From positions 12,958,001-13,022,000 of the forward strand of contig NC_087257.1 of the NCBI RefSeq assembly GCF_037042905.1: 64,000 bases of DNA, read 5' to 3'. Origin of the DNA: Lytechinus pictus. Taxonomy: Eukaryota. Below the pieces are notes generated by a model, which did not search any database, was not told the DNA's origin, and worked only from the letters and a program-made list of their open reading frames with translations. Positions 41,201 to 53,817 of this stretch are shown one piece after another. Position 1 is the first letter of the stretch, and each line of letters starts with the position of its first letter. The translations under genes were made by a program, and so were the position numbers.

Positions 41201-44200
41201 TTATCGCATAGTGATAACACTAATGATGGAATACCATAATGTCTCTTTTATATAATTTTGTGGTTTTCTACCTATGCCAGGTCTCTCGCACACTCAACAC
41301 CACGGGAATCAACCGAGATGATGTCACTCGTGGAGCATTTACCAAGCCTGCGTCTCATGTACGTCATAGTTTCATACGATGCGTCAGCTCATTGCGCCAA
41401 TACATTTTGCCAACATAATTGTATTGCGTAGTCACATCGCGATGCGAGGGCAAAACCGATTCCCTTGGCTTCAGTTGCATAAAAGTTTCTCTGACGTTAT
41501 TAAACTTTGCCATCCAATGGTATAGAAATTCACCAGCACTTTTTTTTTCAAGGATAAAACACACCATTTTTAAAATGGTAATGATAATAGGGTGAAGGTG
41601 GGGGGGGGGGGGGGGGTGATGAAAGATAAGGGTTGGTCATACAACTATATACATGTAATACCCATTATTTAATTGAGAAAAGAAAATCACCACCCCCATA
41701 TTTATCACAATGCGGAAGGGCAATACAAAACCATTGTTGACCATTATAAACTTAAATTTTGCATAAAATTATTTTTGTTTATTTTTGCAGATTTATAGAT
41801 GGAATCATAAAGGATTGTGAATGTGATTGGTTGGAAACCATGGAAACCTTAAAAGCACGGACCATTGATATCATGGACGAACACCATGTAATGACGCATT
41901 GTATCGATGAGTGGAGGGCCCATTGTGACGGTAATAAGGGGCACTTCTATTTTTAAAATAATCTAATTCTCGCCACCCCAAGTAAAAAAAAAAAAAAAAA
42001 AAAAAAAGAAATCTGTCACATCTATTTTCTTTTTCCCCCGAGTTCTTATATATTCATTAATTTCCACAGAAAAAAAATAAATTGCACTCATGCAACCCGT
42101 AACTACGGGGTACCGATGGGGCGGGCGGGGGGGGGTATCTTCAACTTCAACATTGCAGTGAGCAACGTCATAATTACGCAAGGCGACCCCCCCCCCCTCC
42201 TCGAAATAATGAAATGTCGCTGTCAAAATTGAATTTTCTATTTACCTTCTTCCCTTTCATTTTCTATTTTGTATTTAATTTCTCGCCTTATTTATAATTA
42301 TCTTATCATTGCAATCCGTAAAATGACAAATGTATCATCGTCCATTGAGCCATTGTCCACCGATGGTAGTTGTTGTAAATCCTAAAAAATATGTTATTAA
42401 TGGCCATCCCCCTTGACAACCATTTTAGAAGAGACAGAAAAAAAGAACATCCCACAAAAAGATTCATGAATGCCTAAGTTTTCAGAACTTGAATCCCTTG
42501 TAAAATGGTATACCTGTAAACAATAAAAACTTAAATTTTCAACATAAAAGTTGCAATGTGTGTTATGTAATCCTCTAAAAGCTTGGCGTCGGTTTAATGT
42601 TTTTTTTGAGCTAATTCACCTAAATATTTGTCTTTGTTTTTTGTTACAGTATCACATATCCATCAAATCACCTTGGATGCCCTCCGTCATCATGCTCCTC
42701 ATACTGACGAAATCACTTTCGATGATCTGCAAGCTCCCGTTGTCAATGGCAACGGGACTTTGGTCTTTCCCGATGGATACGGCGAGCAATACCCACTAAA
42801 CTCTGTCGACGGTAAGAGGGCGCTATACCAATACGATTGGATTACGCGAGAAAGAATCGGACAGATCGAGGATGACGAAAAACGGAAATCTTTCCAAGAT
42901 GTTTTTAGGAAGAGGATGACCGATTTCATACGGAAACATTATTTCCTGAACGGGTAATTTTCTAGGCCAGACTTTCCCTAATTATGAAATTTGTTGATTT
43001 TAAGTTTTGGATGTGACTATTTGTGATTTTTTAAATCCAAATCTCATATCAATAAGTCTCTTTTCATGCAGATGCCCTAAAAATGCAAGTAAGTAAAAAT
43101 GTAATAATTATCAAACTCTTATTTGCTTTGACTATAGAGATCGGCCCGACAAGAAATGCTGAATTAAAAAAAAAACAAAAAACATACAAAATATCATAAA
43201 AAGTCGCTCTAATCTATAACAGGTTCCTAGAAATCTCTGAAAACACTTTATAACTAATTAATTCATTTTATGGTTATTTCATTTTTGTGCACACTGTATA
43301 AAATTGTATTATTATACTTTAAAATTCTTTTTCCCCCATAGCATCGTTAATGGAACCAACCACAATATGGTAAGTCGGTTTTTGTATATTAGGGTTGTAT
43401 AAGGCACAATACTTTGAATTACGGGTACTGTACAAATGATCAACTTTCATGAAGAAATAATAGGGGACCAATAATTGAACCTTGAGGTATTCCACATGTT
43501 GCAATATTAGAATCTGGGGCCCGTTGCAGAAAGAGTCTCAATCAATCGCAACTCTAAAAATCATACGCAACTTGATTTTCAACCAATTAACAGCGCGCAT
43601 TTGGGAGTTGCGATTGATTGATTGATTTTTTTAAACGCAATTCTTTCTGCAACGGACCCCTGATACTTGATTATTAACAATGACATTGATTTCTATTTAT
43701 AAGTTTAACAGTTAATTAAATCTGAGAAACATCATCATATACATCAGGAAATTTAAAATATTTATTGTTAAAAGCAGCTACTTTTATACTGTAGATTAGT
43801 CCCTTTATCTATAAAAATGTCATTATTTTATCTTTTCATGAAAATATTTTTGTGCAGCTATATAAGACCAAGGGTCCGTTTCAGAAATGATCTCATATTA
43901 TTTTAACTTTGCAAATGTGGTAAAAAGCAGGGCTCAGCAGCCAAACAAAATAGACTGTTTCCATGATAGTTACAATATTATATGGCCATAATCATAAATC
44001 TTTGTTACAGGCTCTGTCATGGGATGCATGTTCGAATCCCTCATGGTCCCCTCTATTCAAATTTAATTGATTGTTACATGTATATATAACATATCTGAAA
44101 ATCGCTTAGAGATGTTGTTCTGATGTATTAAGTGCTATATAAAAGTGGATTATTATTATTATTATTTAGATTAATATTATTATTATAATTATTATTCTTA

Positions 44201-46849
44201 TCATTGTTATCACTGGTGTTGATCCGTGACATCAAACTATTCAATGAGGTGGGGGGATGACACAAGATATTATCCCCCCTTGAACAATAGATTCACAACA
44301 AAAATCGACACCCATGATTTTTATTTTCAATATTATATCATTTTATTTCATTGATTTATAATCAATTGAATAATTTTTTTTTCTGTGAATAAAATAGTGA
44401 AATTCAAACTCATATATCATTCTATTCTTTATATGACCTCTAAGACCTTGTCTGACCTATCACCGCATGACTGGGAGACCTCTCTTCAAAAGAAGCCCAC
44501 CAACGGTTCGACGCCTGATGCGTCGAAAACCAAGCAAAAACCAAAAGGGAAGGCGAAGAAGAAGGGCGTGCCAACCAATTTTATCTGGTTGATAGTCGGA
44601 GGATTGGGGGCTGGCTTATTGGTCGTGCTTCTTGTGTCACTACAGGTAATGCAATGAGTATATTATTTGCACTTTTATGGGGTTGGAGTAGCCTTTTCTG
44701 TGCAACTTTGCACTTCTCAGGTGAGAAATTCCACCAGTAAAATGTTTTCCTAGCACCCTATCAGCTATGAACATCCTCCTCTTCTTCCACTTCTTCTCTT
44801 CTTCTTGTCCTTCCTCTTCTTCTTCTCCCTCATCTTCTTCCTTTACTAAGATCTTTGCCTCTCTGTAAATTCCATTCCATTAATTTATCCATTGCCATTT
44901 TTCTCAAACAGTTTTCGTATATCTTTCTTGTTTCCACTCCATATCTTCATTCAAATGCATACATAAATTATCATATTTCTCTCCCATTACACCCGTATAT
45001 ATGGTAAATATTTCGTTCGTCATTTTATTGTGCAGCACATTGACTGGAAAGACCATTCAATAAAAGATCCCGAGAAGGAGAAGAGAAAGAAAGAAAAGAA
45101 GAAGGAGAGATGCTGCGGGTAATTATTCCTGTGATTATCAAAATAATGAATATTTATAAATGAATCATGAATCATTTATGATTATTATATGAATTAGTGA
45201 AATTAATCATTTTGGAAACGGATTGTGATAGAAGATTGGAGATTCAATTATTTTATACACAGTATATTTATGTAAATTGTAAAACGATTTCTTAATGTAC
45301 CCCTCAGTCAGCATGCAAAAGTGGTCTACATGCTATAGCTAATGATATACAAAATTGATATATACTTCGTTCAGAAATTACAATTGCATTTTTCTTCAAT
45401 TTGAAAACATGCAAAAAGCAATCTATATCTTGTGTTGATATTAAACAAGATTATGGCACATGCTGTTGGTTTAAAAAAAATATCAACCAAAACACCAAGA
45501 AGTCCCAAGATTATTACCTCCATGTATCTCGCTTTATCTGTACCTCTGTATGTAGGTCTGTCTCAGCGGTTCCATGACATTTGCTCGGGCGACAATTGCT
45601 CTGCTCTAAATTCCACACACTAATCGAATGACCAACTTCAATACTGGGTTTACACTATACCCTAACATATAACCCTATTGCAAACCTAAACCTAACCCTT
45701 CATCTTAGACAAAATTAAACCCGGAGCAATTGTCGCAGGAGCAAATGTCGTGTCACCATCTCCGCACCCTCCCCTTCTCTCTTTTCTAACTCTGCATAAA
45801 TTTCTCTAACTCTCTCTCTCTCCTTCTCTATCTCCTATATATCTCTCTCTTCCTTGCATGCTTTTTCTATCTATCTCACTCTCTCTCTCGCTCTTTCTCT
45901 CTTAAAAGATGGTTTGGGACCATGACAGGAAAGCTAAGTGTCCGTAAACAGTTTGTTAAGGGAACGACAGAGAAAAAGCATGCCAAACAGAAGTTTGCAA
46001 GATCGACCCAAAGTAACTTTGCTGTTTTGCATGGACAAGCAAAGCAGGTAGGCCTAAGATCTTAATTTTTGAGTAAGCCTATAGGCAAAGGAGGGTTGGT
46101 GGTGGGTTATTTACTCTGAAAGTATGAATATGTAACATAGTCCTCAAATAATTAAGTACATTTTTCGTTGCTGACTTACATGGACTCACAGCAGTGGGGG
46201 GGGGGGGGGTGGGGAATGTTCTCTCACTGCATTGTTGTTAATTATCGTTTTCTGTTTCTGAAATCGGCCCCCCCCCAAAAAAAAAAAAAAAAAAAAAAAA
46301 ATCTTAGTTTCCTTTACACAAAAAATTTCAATTTATAATTGAAAAAAAGTAAACAAGAAACAAAGTAAAAATGAAAAGAAAGTTTCTTGTTTCTATGCAA
46401 CAAAGTAACAAAACAGTGAGCTCATAACTATTGGAATAGAGAGACACACATGATTTTTCATTTCCGTTTTCCCATTTCTAAATGTTTTTCTTTTTTTCTC
46501 CTTTACTAATTATCAGAAAATGGATGAAATAAACGGAGGGCAACATCCACCTTCCCCAAACTTTGGCCGCTACACCACTCCATCCAATCACATCGTGGCA
46601 CCGCAACAAGCCCCGCCCAACCCAAAACGTTCAGCCAATCTAGGCCCGCCACCGGCTCCCCCGGTACCGCCAACCACAGGTCTGCGGAGAATGTCAGTGG
46701 ACGAAGGTGTACGCAAAATGGTGACGTCACAACGTGATAAGGTGACAGGACAGAGGACGCCTTCTGAAGGGTCGACATACTATTTTGATAATTTCTACAC
46801 AGATAGCGAGGACGACATTGATGAGGAAACTGACCTGTTTCGCAGATGA
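31252..46849 (+). CDS. Single-pass type I leucine-rich-repeat membrane protein, ~629 aa, 14 coding exons: join(31252..31466,32272..32343,32775..32846,33348..33428,34550..34621,40466..40537,41281..41358,41791..41930,42650..42953,43342..43369,44445..44645,45036..45118,45909..46047,46517..46849)
   Basis: All introns are GT-AG with consistent phases, totalling 1890 nt. Encodes a signal peptide, Cys LRRNT, 6 LRR exons plus a partial 7th repeat, a CECDW LRRCT-like cap, a stalk, TM helix FIWLIVGGLGAGLLVVLLVSL and a Pro-rich/acidic tail. N-gaps in introns 1 and 4 could hide extra exons. Confidence 0.85.
32272..32343 (+). CDS. LRR-TM gene LRR exon (DFRYNNIGDVKTKSFHGLHNLNIL)
   Basis: 72-nt phase2-2 exon, canonical LRR. 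Confidence 0.92.
32775..32846 (+). CDS. LRR-TM gene LRR exon (WLSHNQVSMLDAHAFSGATALQII)
   Basis: 72-nt phase2-2 exon. Confidence 0.92.
33348..33428 (+). CDS. LRR-TM gene LRR exon (DLSYNRLEIFETRVLASEPHLLNLHTI)
   Basis: 81-nt phase2-2 exon. Confidence 0.9.
33643..33731. repeat. ~32-bp minisatellite
   Basis: ATTTACACTATTTCTTATGATTG recurs three times. Confidence 0.85.
34550..34621 (+). CDS. LRR-TM gene LRR exon (DLSHNSIKSIEAHSFIATPNLKQL)
   Basis: 72-nt phase2-2 exon. Confidence 0.92.
35003..35555. mobile_element. PIF/Harbinger (Tourist-like) MITE with internal TAACCCCGTACTA repeats
   Basis: TIR TACCCTTTTTACAC, TAA TSD; the empty site is visible in the opposite arm (~39716-39725). Confidence 0.85.
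38401..38975. mobile_element. Kolobok-type MITE nested in the right arm of the foldback element
   Basis: TTAAAGGGGAATCCA ... TGGATTCCCCTTTAA. Confidence 0.75.
40466..40537 (+). CDS. LRR-TM gene LRR exon (YLHNNPLTSLNGAPFVHCRSLNTL)
   Basis: 72-nt phase2-2 exon. Confidence 0.92.
41281..41358 (+). CDS. LRR-TM gene degenerate LRR exon (SLAHSTPRESTEMMSLVEHLPSLRLI)
   Basis: 78-nt phase2-2 exon with CAG acceptor and GTACGT donor. Confidence 0.8.
41791..41930 (+). CDS. LRR-TM gene LRRCT-like exon (FIDGIIKDCECDW...HCIDEWRAHCD)
   Basis: 4 Cys including CxC; phase2-1. Confidence 0.85.
42650..42953 (+). CDS. LRR-TM gene exon, ~100-aa extracellular region of unknown fold
   Basis: Open 304-nt exon, phase1-2, good splice sites. 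Confidence 0.82.
43342..43369 (+). CDS. LRR-TM gene 28-nt micro-exon (IVNGTNHNM)
   Basis: Pyrimidine tract plus TAG acceptor, ATG|GTAAGT donor. Needed to bridge phase 2 to phase 0. Confidence 0.7.
44445..44645 (+). CDS. LRR-TM gene stalk + transmembrane exon
   Basis: Hydrophobic 21-mer; CAG|GTAATG donor. Confidence 0.85.
45036..45118 (+). CDS. LRR-TM gene cytoplasmic exon (HIDWKD...KKERCCG)
   Basis: Phase0-2, basic juxtamembrane region. Confidence 0.8.
45570..45757. mobile_element. Short TIR element with CCTAACCCT-like core (second copy at ~28580-28788)
   Basis: GACATTTGCTC...GAGCAAATGTC inverted ends. Confidence 0.6.
45909..46047 (+). CDS. LRR-TM gene cytoplasmic exon (WFGTMTGKLSVRKQ...QAKQ)
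   Basis: Phase2-0, open frame after a CT-rich tract. Confidence 0.78.
46517..46849 (+). CDS. LRR-TM gene terminal exon (Pro-rich, YYFDNFY, acidic C-terminus)
   Basis: Phase 0 acceptor, TGA at 46847-46849, AATAAA at 47346. Confidence 0.85.
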   Translation, partial: KMDEINGGQHPPSPNFGRYTTPSNHIVAPQQAPPNPKRSANLGPPPAPPVPPTTGLRRMSVDEGVRKMVTSQRDKVTGQRTPSEGSTYYFDNFYTDSEDDIDEETDLFRR

Positions 46850-47505
46850 CATCACCAAACATAATAGTGAAGTATAGGCCTCAATGTATATGGACAGTTG
46901 GCCCAAGCAATCTTTCTGGATAGAATTATTTTGTCGTGAGGGTAGAGGTATATATGGATAAAGGAGTGGGTAAATCAACTTTATCACTTCTAGAAGAGTA
47001 GGAGACTTCTCAGAAATGAAGGAGAACAAAGTACACCAATAGAAGAAAGGGGGGGGGGGTAGAATGATAGATAATCTGAATAACCTTTTGAAAAGTATAA
47101 TTTACAGAAAAAATACCATTACAAAGGAAAATTTTAAGTACGTAAGCACACCCTTTTTCTTTGCAGGGTTTTAATTGAGCTTTTACAAAGAAAACCATAT
47201 GAAAATGTTGAATGCAAACCTACTCTATAATACCTTATTTATATAACTTAGCTTCATTATTAGAATCATTTCTTCACAAAGTAAGTTATAAAAATGATTC
47301 ATAAGCAGTATCTACTTGCATGCAGAATTTGAACTTAGCCTTTGAAATAAAAGTTATTTCTATCATTAATAACGATTGTGGTCTTCCCAGGGTCGGGGGG
47401 GGGGGGGGGTGACCCTTTATACACAAATTTGTTACATATTAATTATGTAAGAGATCATTTGTCTGTGTGTGACTGAATTAGAGTTTGTATGATAAATTTA
47501 TATCA

Positions 47506-48097
47506 TTAAAGGGGAATGAAACCCTTGAAACCAGCTGAATCCATATCAAAGAGAAAAATCAAAAAAACATATTGTTGAAAGTTTGAGGAAGATTGAATGA
47601 ATAATAAGAAAGTTATGAGCATTTGAATATTGAGATCACTAATGCCATGTAGATCCTCCCATTGGCAATGCGACCAAGATCTGTGATGTCACACACGTAC
47701 AACTCCCTCATTGCTTTAGTACTTATTTCACTTATATTCTCACTTTTATAGAATCTATCACAAGGTGAGGTGTTCTCTTTATGAGAGGACAAGTACAGAG
47801 GTTTCACAACATTATATCATTGATGAATCGTTTGTCATATGATTAGAAAGAGCAAAAAGAGATGTTTTGGGGTATATTTTCAGTGTCCAAAAGGGGAGAG
47901 TTGTTCATCTGTGATATCATAGGTCTTGGTTGCGTTGCCAATGGGAGGATCTCCATAGCATTAGTGATCTCGACATTCAAATGCTCATAACTCTTCTATT
48001 GGTAGTCCTATTTTACTCAAACTTTTGTTGATCTTATTCTTTGATTTTTCTGCTCTCACAAAAGCTAACTTGCTCCAAAAGTTTCATTCTCCTTTAA
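47506..48097. mobile_element. Kolobok-type MITE, family B
   Basis: TTAA TSD, AGGRGAATGAAAC TIR, internal inverted arms. Confidence 0.8.
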
Positions 48098-49604
48098 AGT
48101 GTAGTTCATGCATGATGAGATGTGTTTTCATAGTAAGAAGCATGAAAGGTTAAAAAACAACAACTAGACAACCAACTGCTTGAGGTCCTCTCCAAGGGAC
48201 CTGGCGATGAGGATAAATGGTTTTAGTACCAAACGGCAGTCAGGCACTTATTTAGTTTAGGACCCTGTCGGATTGCGAGGTTATCGCTCTACCAACTGAG
48301 CCTCTTCCCCGTATCTGTAAATAGGTGGGAGATAAAGACAAAAAATCCAACCTTTTTCTTCACAGAAATAATTTTCATTTGAAATATAAATATTAATGGA
48401 TAAGACAATTTTCTATCATATATCTTCAAATATTACCTTATGCCATTCCACAAATACTTACAATTGTGGTAACTTTGCCATTATGGCAACTGCTACATGG
48501 AAACCTCCATTGTGATAGGCTGTTGAGCCCTCTTACTAATTATAAATCTTTTATTGAATGGGGGCCCTGTTCTTCCGTACCAAGGGATGTTGCTCATAGA
48601 CTAACCAAAAACCTGATTAAATAATACAAATTGTAGGTAGAATCTGAAAATGATTTGTACCATGAAGCTATGACAACACAATGTATAATCACAACTGGTC
48701 AGGGCCCAGTGAAACAAAATTTACTATTACAATATCTTTGCCATCCTGTGCTGACCGCACAGAAACGTTGTTAGCCTAACAGAGCGCTAACAGCAAGCAC
48801 AGTCACATCTTTCGGATTGTGAAGTCAAAACATTTATTTCAATGTGTAAGTAATGCATTGTTGTGACATTAGGCATCGCTGCCACATTACCGATTGTAAC
48901 AGGGCCTCTGTTAGCGCATTTTTTTGTTAGCGCTAACAAATGTTTCTGTGCCCTGTTGCATAAAAGTTTAATACCATTATGGTAACTTTACCAGCCAACG
49001 GACTTGCATGGAATCCTTGATTTTGATTGGCTGGTGATCAGCGTTACCAATTGATGGCAAAGTTACCATAATAGTAATGTTTATGCAACAGGGCCCAGAA
49101 GTAACTACCATGGTAACAATATTCAACAGCCAATCAAAAGAAAGGATTCCATAGACATTGTCAAAAGTGTTATATACTTAAAAAAAGGCTCAATTTTTTT
49201 TTTTACTATTGTTAATAAATGAAAATTGACACAGGTATTGTTTTGTACAGGATATGTTATTTATTGTCAACTGTTTATCTACATAATATATACATGTACG
49301 AAACAAAAAAGTAAATGAGATGCCGCTGATCATGATCATGTAAAACAAGACATACATGAAATGTTGATAGTTCATATTCATTGATTTTAAGACACAAAAT
49401 AAACTGAATCACAAGCAAAACAGAACAGGTAGGTGTTTCATAGAGCTATAAGTTTTTTTTTTTTCACACACGACTGGTGACCCTTTCTTGTGGTCCATAA
49501 TATATCCCAATGTTACTTTTAGAAACAGCTTTATGAAACACCTACCTGGAACCTTGTGACAAGATATGATGAAACGTGAAATAATATAAAAATAGGGATA
49601 GTTC

Positions 49605-50208
49605 TTAAAGGACAAATCCACCCTAACAAAAAATTGATTTGAATAAAAAGAGAAAAATCCAACAAGCATAACCCTGAAAATTTCATCAAAATCGGATGTA
49701 AAATAAGAAAGTTATGACATTTTGAAGTTTTGCTTAATTTCACAAAAGGGTTATATGCACATCCTGGTCGGTATGCAAATGAGGAGACTGATGACGTCAT
49801 CCACTCACTATTTCTTTTGTATTTTATTATATGAAATATTCTAAGTTTTCCTCATAGTCAAGTGAAACAACGATTAATTTCTCCCTGAACACGTGGAATT
49901 AACATTGTTTAATATTATATGGTTCAGTCAAGTTCGTCCGTATTGCCAAATTTGTAAAACAATGAAATATTGTATAATTCAAACAATAAAAAACAAAAGA
50001 AATAGTGAGTGATGGACATCATCGTCTGACTAATTTGCATGTCACTGAGTTGTGCTTATCACTGTTTTGTGAAAAATAAGCGAAACTTTAAAATGCCATA
50101 ACTTTCTTATTTTACATCCGATTTTGATGAAATTTTCAGCGTTATGCTAGTTTGATTTTTCTCTGTTTATTCAAATAAAAAACTTTCTGGAGTGGACTTG
50201 ACCTTTAA
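49605..50208. mobile_element. Kolobok-type MITE, family A
   Basis: Same TIR and TTAA TSD. Confidence 0.85.
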
Positions 50209-50563
50209 GGCAAATTCTTCTCAAAATATGAGTTGTTTTGAATACTAAACAGAAGACTGGACATTTCATCAGAACTTAGGGGGAGGGGGGGGGGTAAAAA
50301 AGTTGAAATTGAGCATTTTAACCAGAAACAGCGATCTAATTACCTGCAGAAAGAGTTGCAATAACATGCAATGCCCCAAATCACACAGTTTTTCAGCCAG
50401 TCAACAATAGGTACATGTATTTAGGACTTGAGCTAGATTTTTGGAATTGTGGTCAAAGCAACATAACTCTTCCTGTAAGGGCCTTTGATCAACCTCATCT
50501 ATATGGAAAGCAATCAATGTCATAATTTTGTGTAGGGATATACACTTTTTTCTTACAAGTTTT

Positions 50564-51217
50564 GGGGGCCTGTTTCATAAAGCTGTTCTTAGGTTAAGAG
50601 TGACTTTCAGAATGACTGGTGGTACATTTAAATGATAATTCACCATTAAATGTTCATTGATTATTATTTAGCACATAATGTTCACCACACTTAAAAAAAA
50701 CGTGATTTTACAGAAAAAAAAGAAGATTTTGCAGAAAGCAATAACAGAATCATTCTGTTAATGCATAAAACAGGAATTTTTCTGCAATTTAACAGAACAG
50801 GGGGGTGTTTCACAAAGATTTAAGTATGACTTAAGTCGCACTTAAATGCCTATGCGTACATGATATGGAATGCGTGATCTTATTGACAGACACGCAGTAG
50901 TGCGCGTCCTCATGACACAATCTGACCAATGCTGTCAAGCCTTTCATACCGTACGCAACTTGGTATTTAAGTGCGACTCTAAGTCATACTTAAATCTTTG
51001 TGAAACACCCCCCAGGTCTGTTTAAAAAGGGGAAAAGGGTGTTTTATTGAAGGAAATTTGTAGGATTCCATACACCAAATACCAATTTCCTGTAAGATTA
51101 CACGAGTTCTCGAGACTCTGCTGCAGGAACTTCTTTTATTTTAAGGATAAATTTTCTAACAGTGCAGTCGTTCTTAAAGTCGCTCTTATCTGACGAACAG
51201 CTTTATGAAACGGCCTC
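50564..51217. mobile_element. Three nested MITEs: Harbinger-type outer, CACTA-type middle (50688-51164), Harbinger-type inner (50801-51012)
   Basis: Outer TIR GGCC(T)GTTTCATAAAGCTGTTC; middle CACT...AGTG with CA TSD; inner with CAG TSD. Confidence 0.75.
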
Positions 51218-51589
51218 CAGAAAGGTTTCAAAGCCTGAGCTAACTACATATACCGGGTTCTTTGACATTGATCAACACAGCATGAATTCAGTTCAGAAAG
51301 CAGTTATCATGGACCTGGGCCCCATCTTACAAAGAGTTACGATTGATCCATTCAACCTCAACTATATGGATATCCATCAGTTCATAATTTTTCCTAAAGG
51401 AAATGTGAACAATGTCCTTTGTAAAAAGAGAACACTGAATTGTCCAGGTAAAGTTGAATGTAAGCATATACATAATATCTAGAGAACATTTTGAACATAC
51501 ATTTTAGATGTTGGCATTGCTTGCTTTCAGTAGTTGTGGTTGATTGGATCAATTGCAACTCTTTGTAAGACGGGACCCAGGGGTATTAA

Positions 51590-52020
51590 AGGATTGTGTG
51601 TTTGAATCCCACTATGGCCTAGCAATCAATCAATCCACTATGCCACTCTCCACCCAGCGCCAGTTGATTTGTATCTGATGTTATAGCGCCACCTGCGCCA
51701 GTTATGTGACAACACGTTTGTCCGACACTCGATTTGGTTACGGTAATTAAAGTATTGATCTTAACTACAAAGTTGCATCCGAGTCTTAATTCATTGTCGC
51801 AGGTGTTAAATGGGTACCCAATAGGATGCGAAGCTTATGTATTATGCCTAGCATAGTCTTGGAACTCTTGTTGGAATACTCCCTAGGGAGTGGAGAAAGT
51901 ACAAACACTGTTTACGGGTATGCCAGGATCTGATGACCAGAGTAATATTATATCTGAAAGGTGCTTTGAGATGTTCTGATGTTTTAAGTGCTATATAAAA
52001 GCAGAAAACTATAATTATTA
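51590..52020 (+). mobile_element. tRNA-derived SINE remnant with internal insertion
   Basis: B-box-like TTTGAATCCC, CACTCTCCACCCAG...GTGTTAAATGGGTACC core, AAGTGCTATATAAAAGC and (ATT)n tail. Confidence 0.5.
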
Positions 52021-53039
52021 GTAGTATGCTTTTTAGTCTTTCCATGATGTGTGAGGATGGCAAACAAACGGCAGTTACAGTAGCTCTATTAGACACTAAA
52101 GGCAACAGGCATGAGCACTTGAAATAAACTCTGTTGTCAAGAAAAGACTGACAAGGACTTGCTCCTTTGGAAAGAGTCAATGGAAAAGCAAAATGAAGAG
52201 GAAATTGTCTGTTGGTGCTAAAATAAGACAATAAACAAACATGGTGTCAGGAAAAAATGTGTCAACTTAGTTTAGTTTTAAGCTAAGTTAGGTAAGTTTG
52301 AGGTTTTGATGTATATGTGCCAATCATGTGAGTCAGTGTGCATAATTCTGACTCAGTCGCACAATAAAACTTGTGTGTTGTTTTTATGCTTGTAACCTGG
52401 TAACCTTGTAGTAACTTGGTAACCTTGTAGCTTAGATCTGTGTAAGTGTGTGGAATATTCTTGGTAGTTAATATGTGTTTGTCAGTGTTGTGGGTATCGA
52501 GGCCAGCCTCAAGGAAGCAAAATCGTCCTCGAGGATGGAGGTAAATCCTCGGGTCAAGGCCGCATAGAGGCCGGGAGAATTTTAGGAAATGCAAATGCCG
52601 AATTGTCAGTTTCTCAAAAACAAGCTATTATTGAAACTATTACAGAGAGGGAGAGAAAGATTTAAGAGAGTCAACTGTTGAGGGTTACGCCCATCCATCA
52701 GTATGAGTGCAACCTTCTTTCTTTCTTCTGCCTTTCTACTCTGTTCTTGATGTCAAAGCCAATTCATGCTGCTGCATTGACAATGACATGACGGAGACTT
52801 TGCAATGCATGTGTGCACACAATACTAGTATTGTAAAAAAATGTTTTGTGCTTGCACCATTACGTTACAATTTACCAATCTCTTGGTATCCTCATTTTGA
52901 AATTCACATTCAGCAAAATTTTTTTTTTAAAGTGTCTTCAAAATATTTTATCCTTCTTTTATTTTATTTGGCAATTGTTGCTACGATAATTTGGCAACAC
53001 TACATATATACATATCAAAGCAAATCAGTGGGTTAGAGG

Positions 53040-53420
53040 AATTGGCTAGAGTCCATACAGGGGATCATAAGGCCTTGATGACGATAGGCATCAATATTTA
53101 TCAAAGTGCTGTCAACCAGGCTCACCGCCTTGGTAAACAATAAAAAAACAACACCAAGCCTCGATCTACCAAGGTCAAATTTGCTACATTACATTAAGAG
53201 TTACTATTCTTTGAAGCCAGAGTAAAGCTCGAAGGTTCTGGCATCTACATTAAAGAGGATTGATATCTAAGAAGATGAAACTCCATAAGAGTGTCAAAAG
53301 CTCTGACAAGACTGTCAGGGCTGACTGTCAGAGCTTGGACAATTGATGGGCAAAATATTTGCTGATCTTCCTACCAGTAAAGGTACCGGTGATCATCTCG
53401 CAAAGAAACTGATAACTTGT
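53040..53420 (+). pseudogene. Degenerate LINE ORF1p C-terminal fragment
   Basis: Encodes LEGSGIYIKE and AWTIDG, homologous to LKGSGISIQED and AWTVDG in the array ORF; frameshifted. Confidence 0.55.
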
Positions 53421-53817
53421 GCAATCTCATCTTACAGGATAGGGCAACAATTTCACATTTAACTGATCAAGTGCAAGCCAAGTATCATTGTTTCTAACTT
53501 CTGACAACATCTTTCCCTTGTGGATAATGCCTGTTTGAGAAACTTTCTTTGTTCGGCCATGACTAGCCTTTTCCTGGATCTCCGGCGTTATATTGGAATA
53601 TTTGATGCCTTGGCTGTGTCCTTTTCCTAAGGAAATCCATCCTTGGCCTTGTCCTCAGGTGATCTGTTCTTTATGGTGGCCCTGAAGGGACATCGCAAAT
53701 AGACCAAATCGCGAATATTCACGACGAAATTGGCGACGAAATTCACGACGTCGCCAATTTGAATATTCACAACGAAATATATATATATATATATATATAT
53801 TTTTCATTTATTTCCAG

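Noticed and set aside
31252-46849. Toll-like receptor assignment
   Set aside because: No TIR motifs in the cytoplasmic exons, few LRRs and an intron-rich structure.
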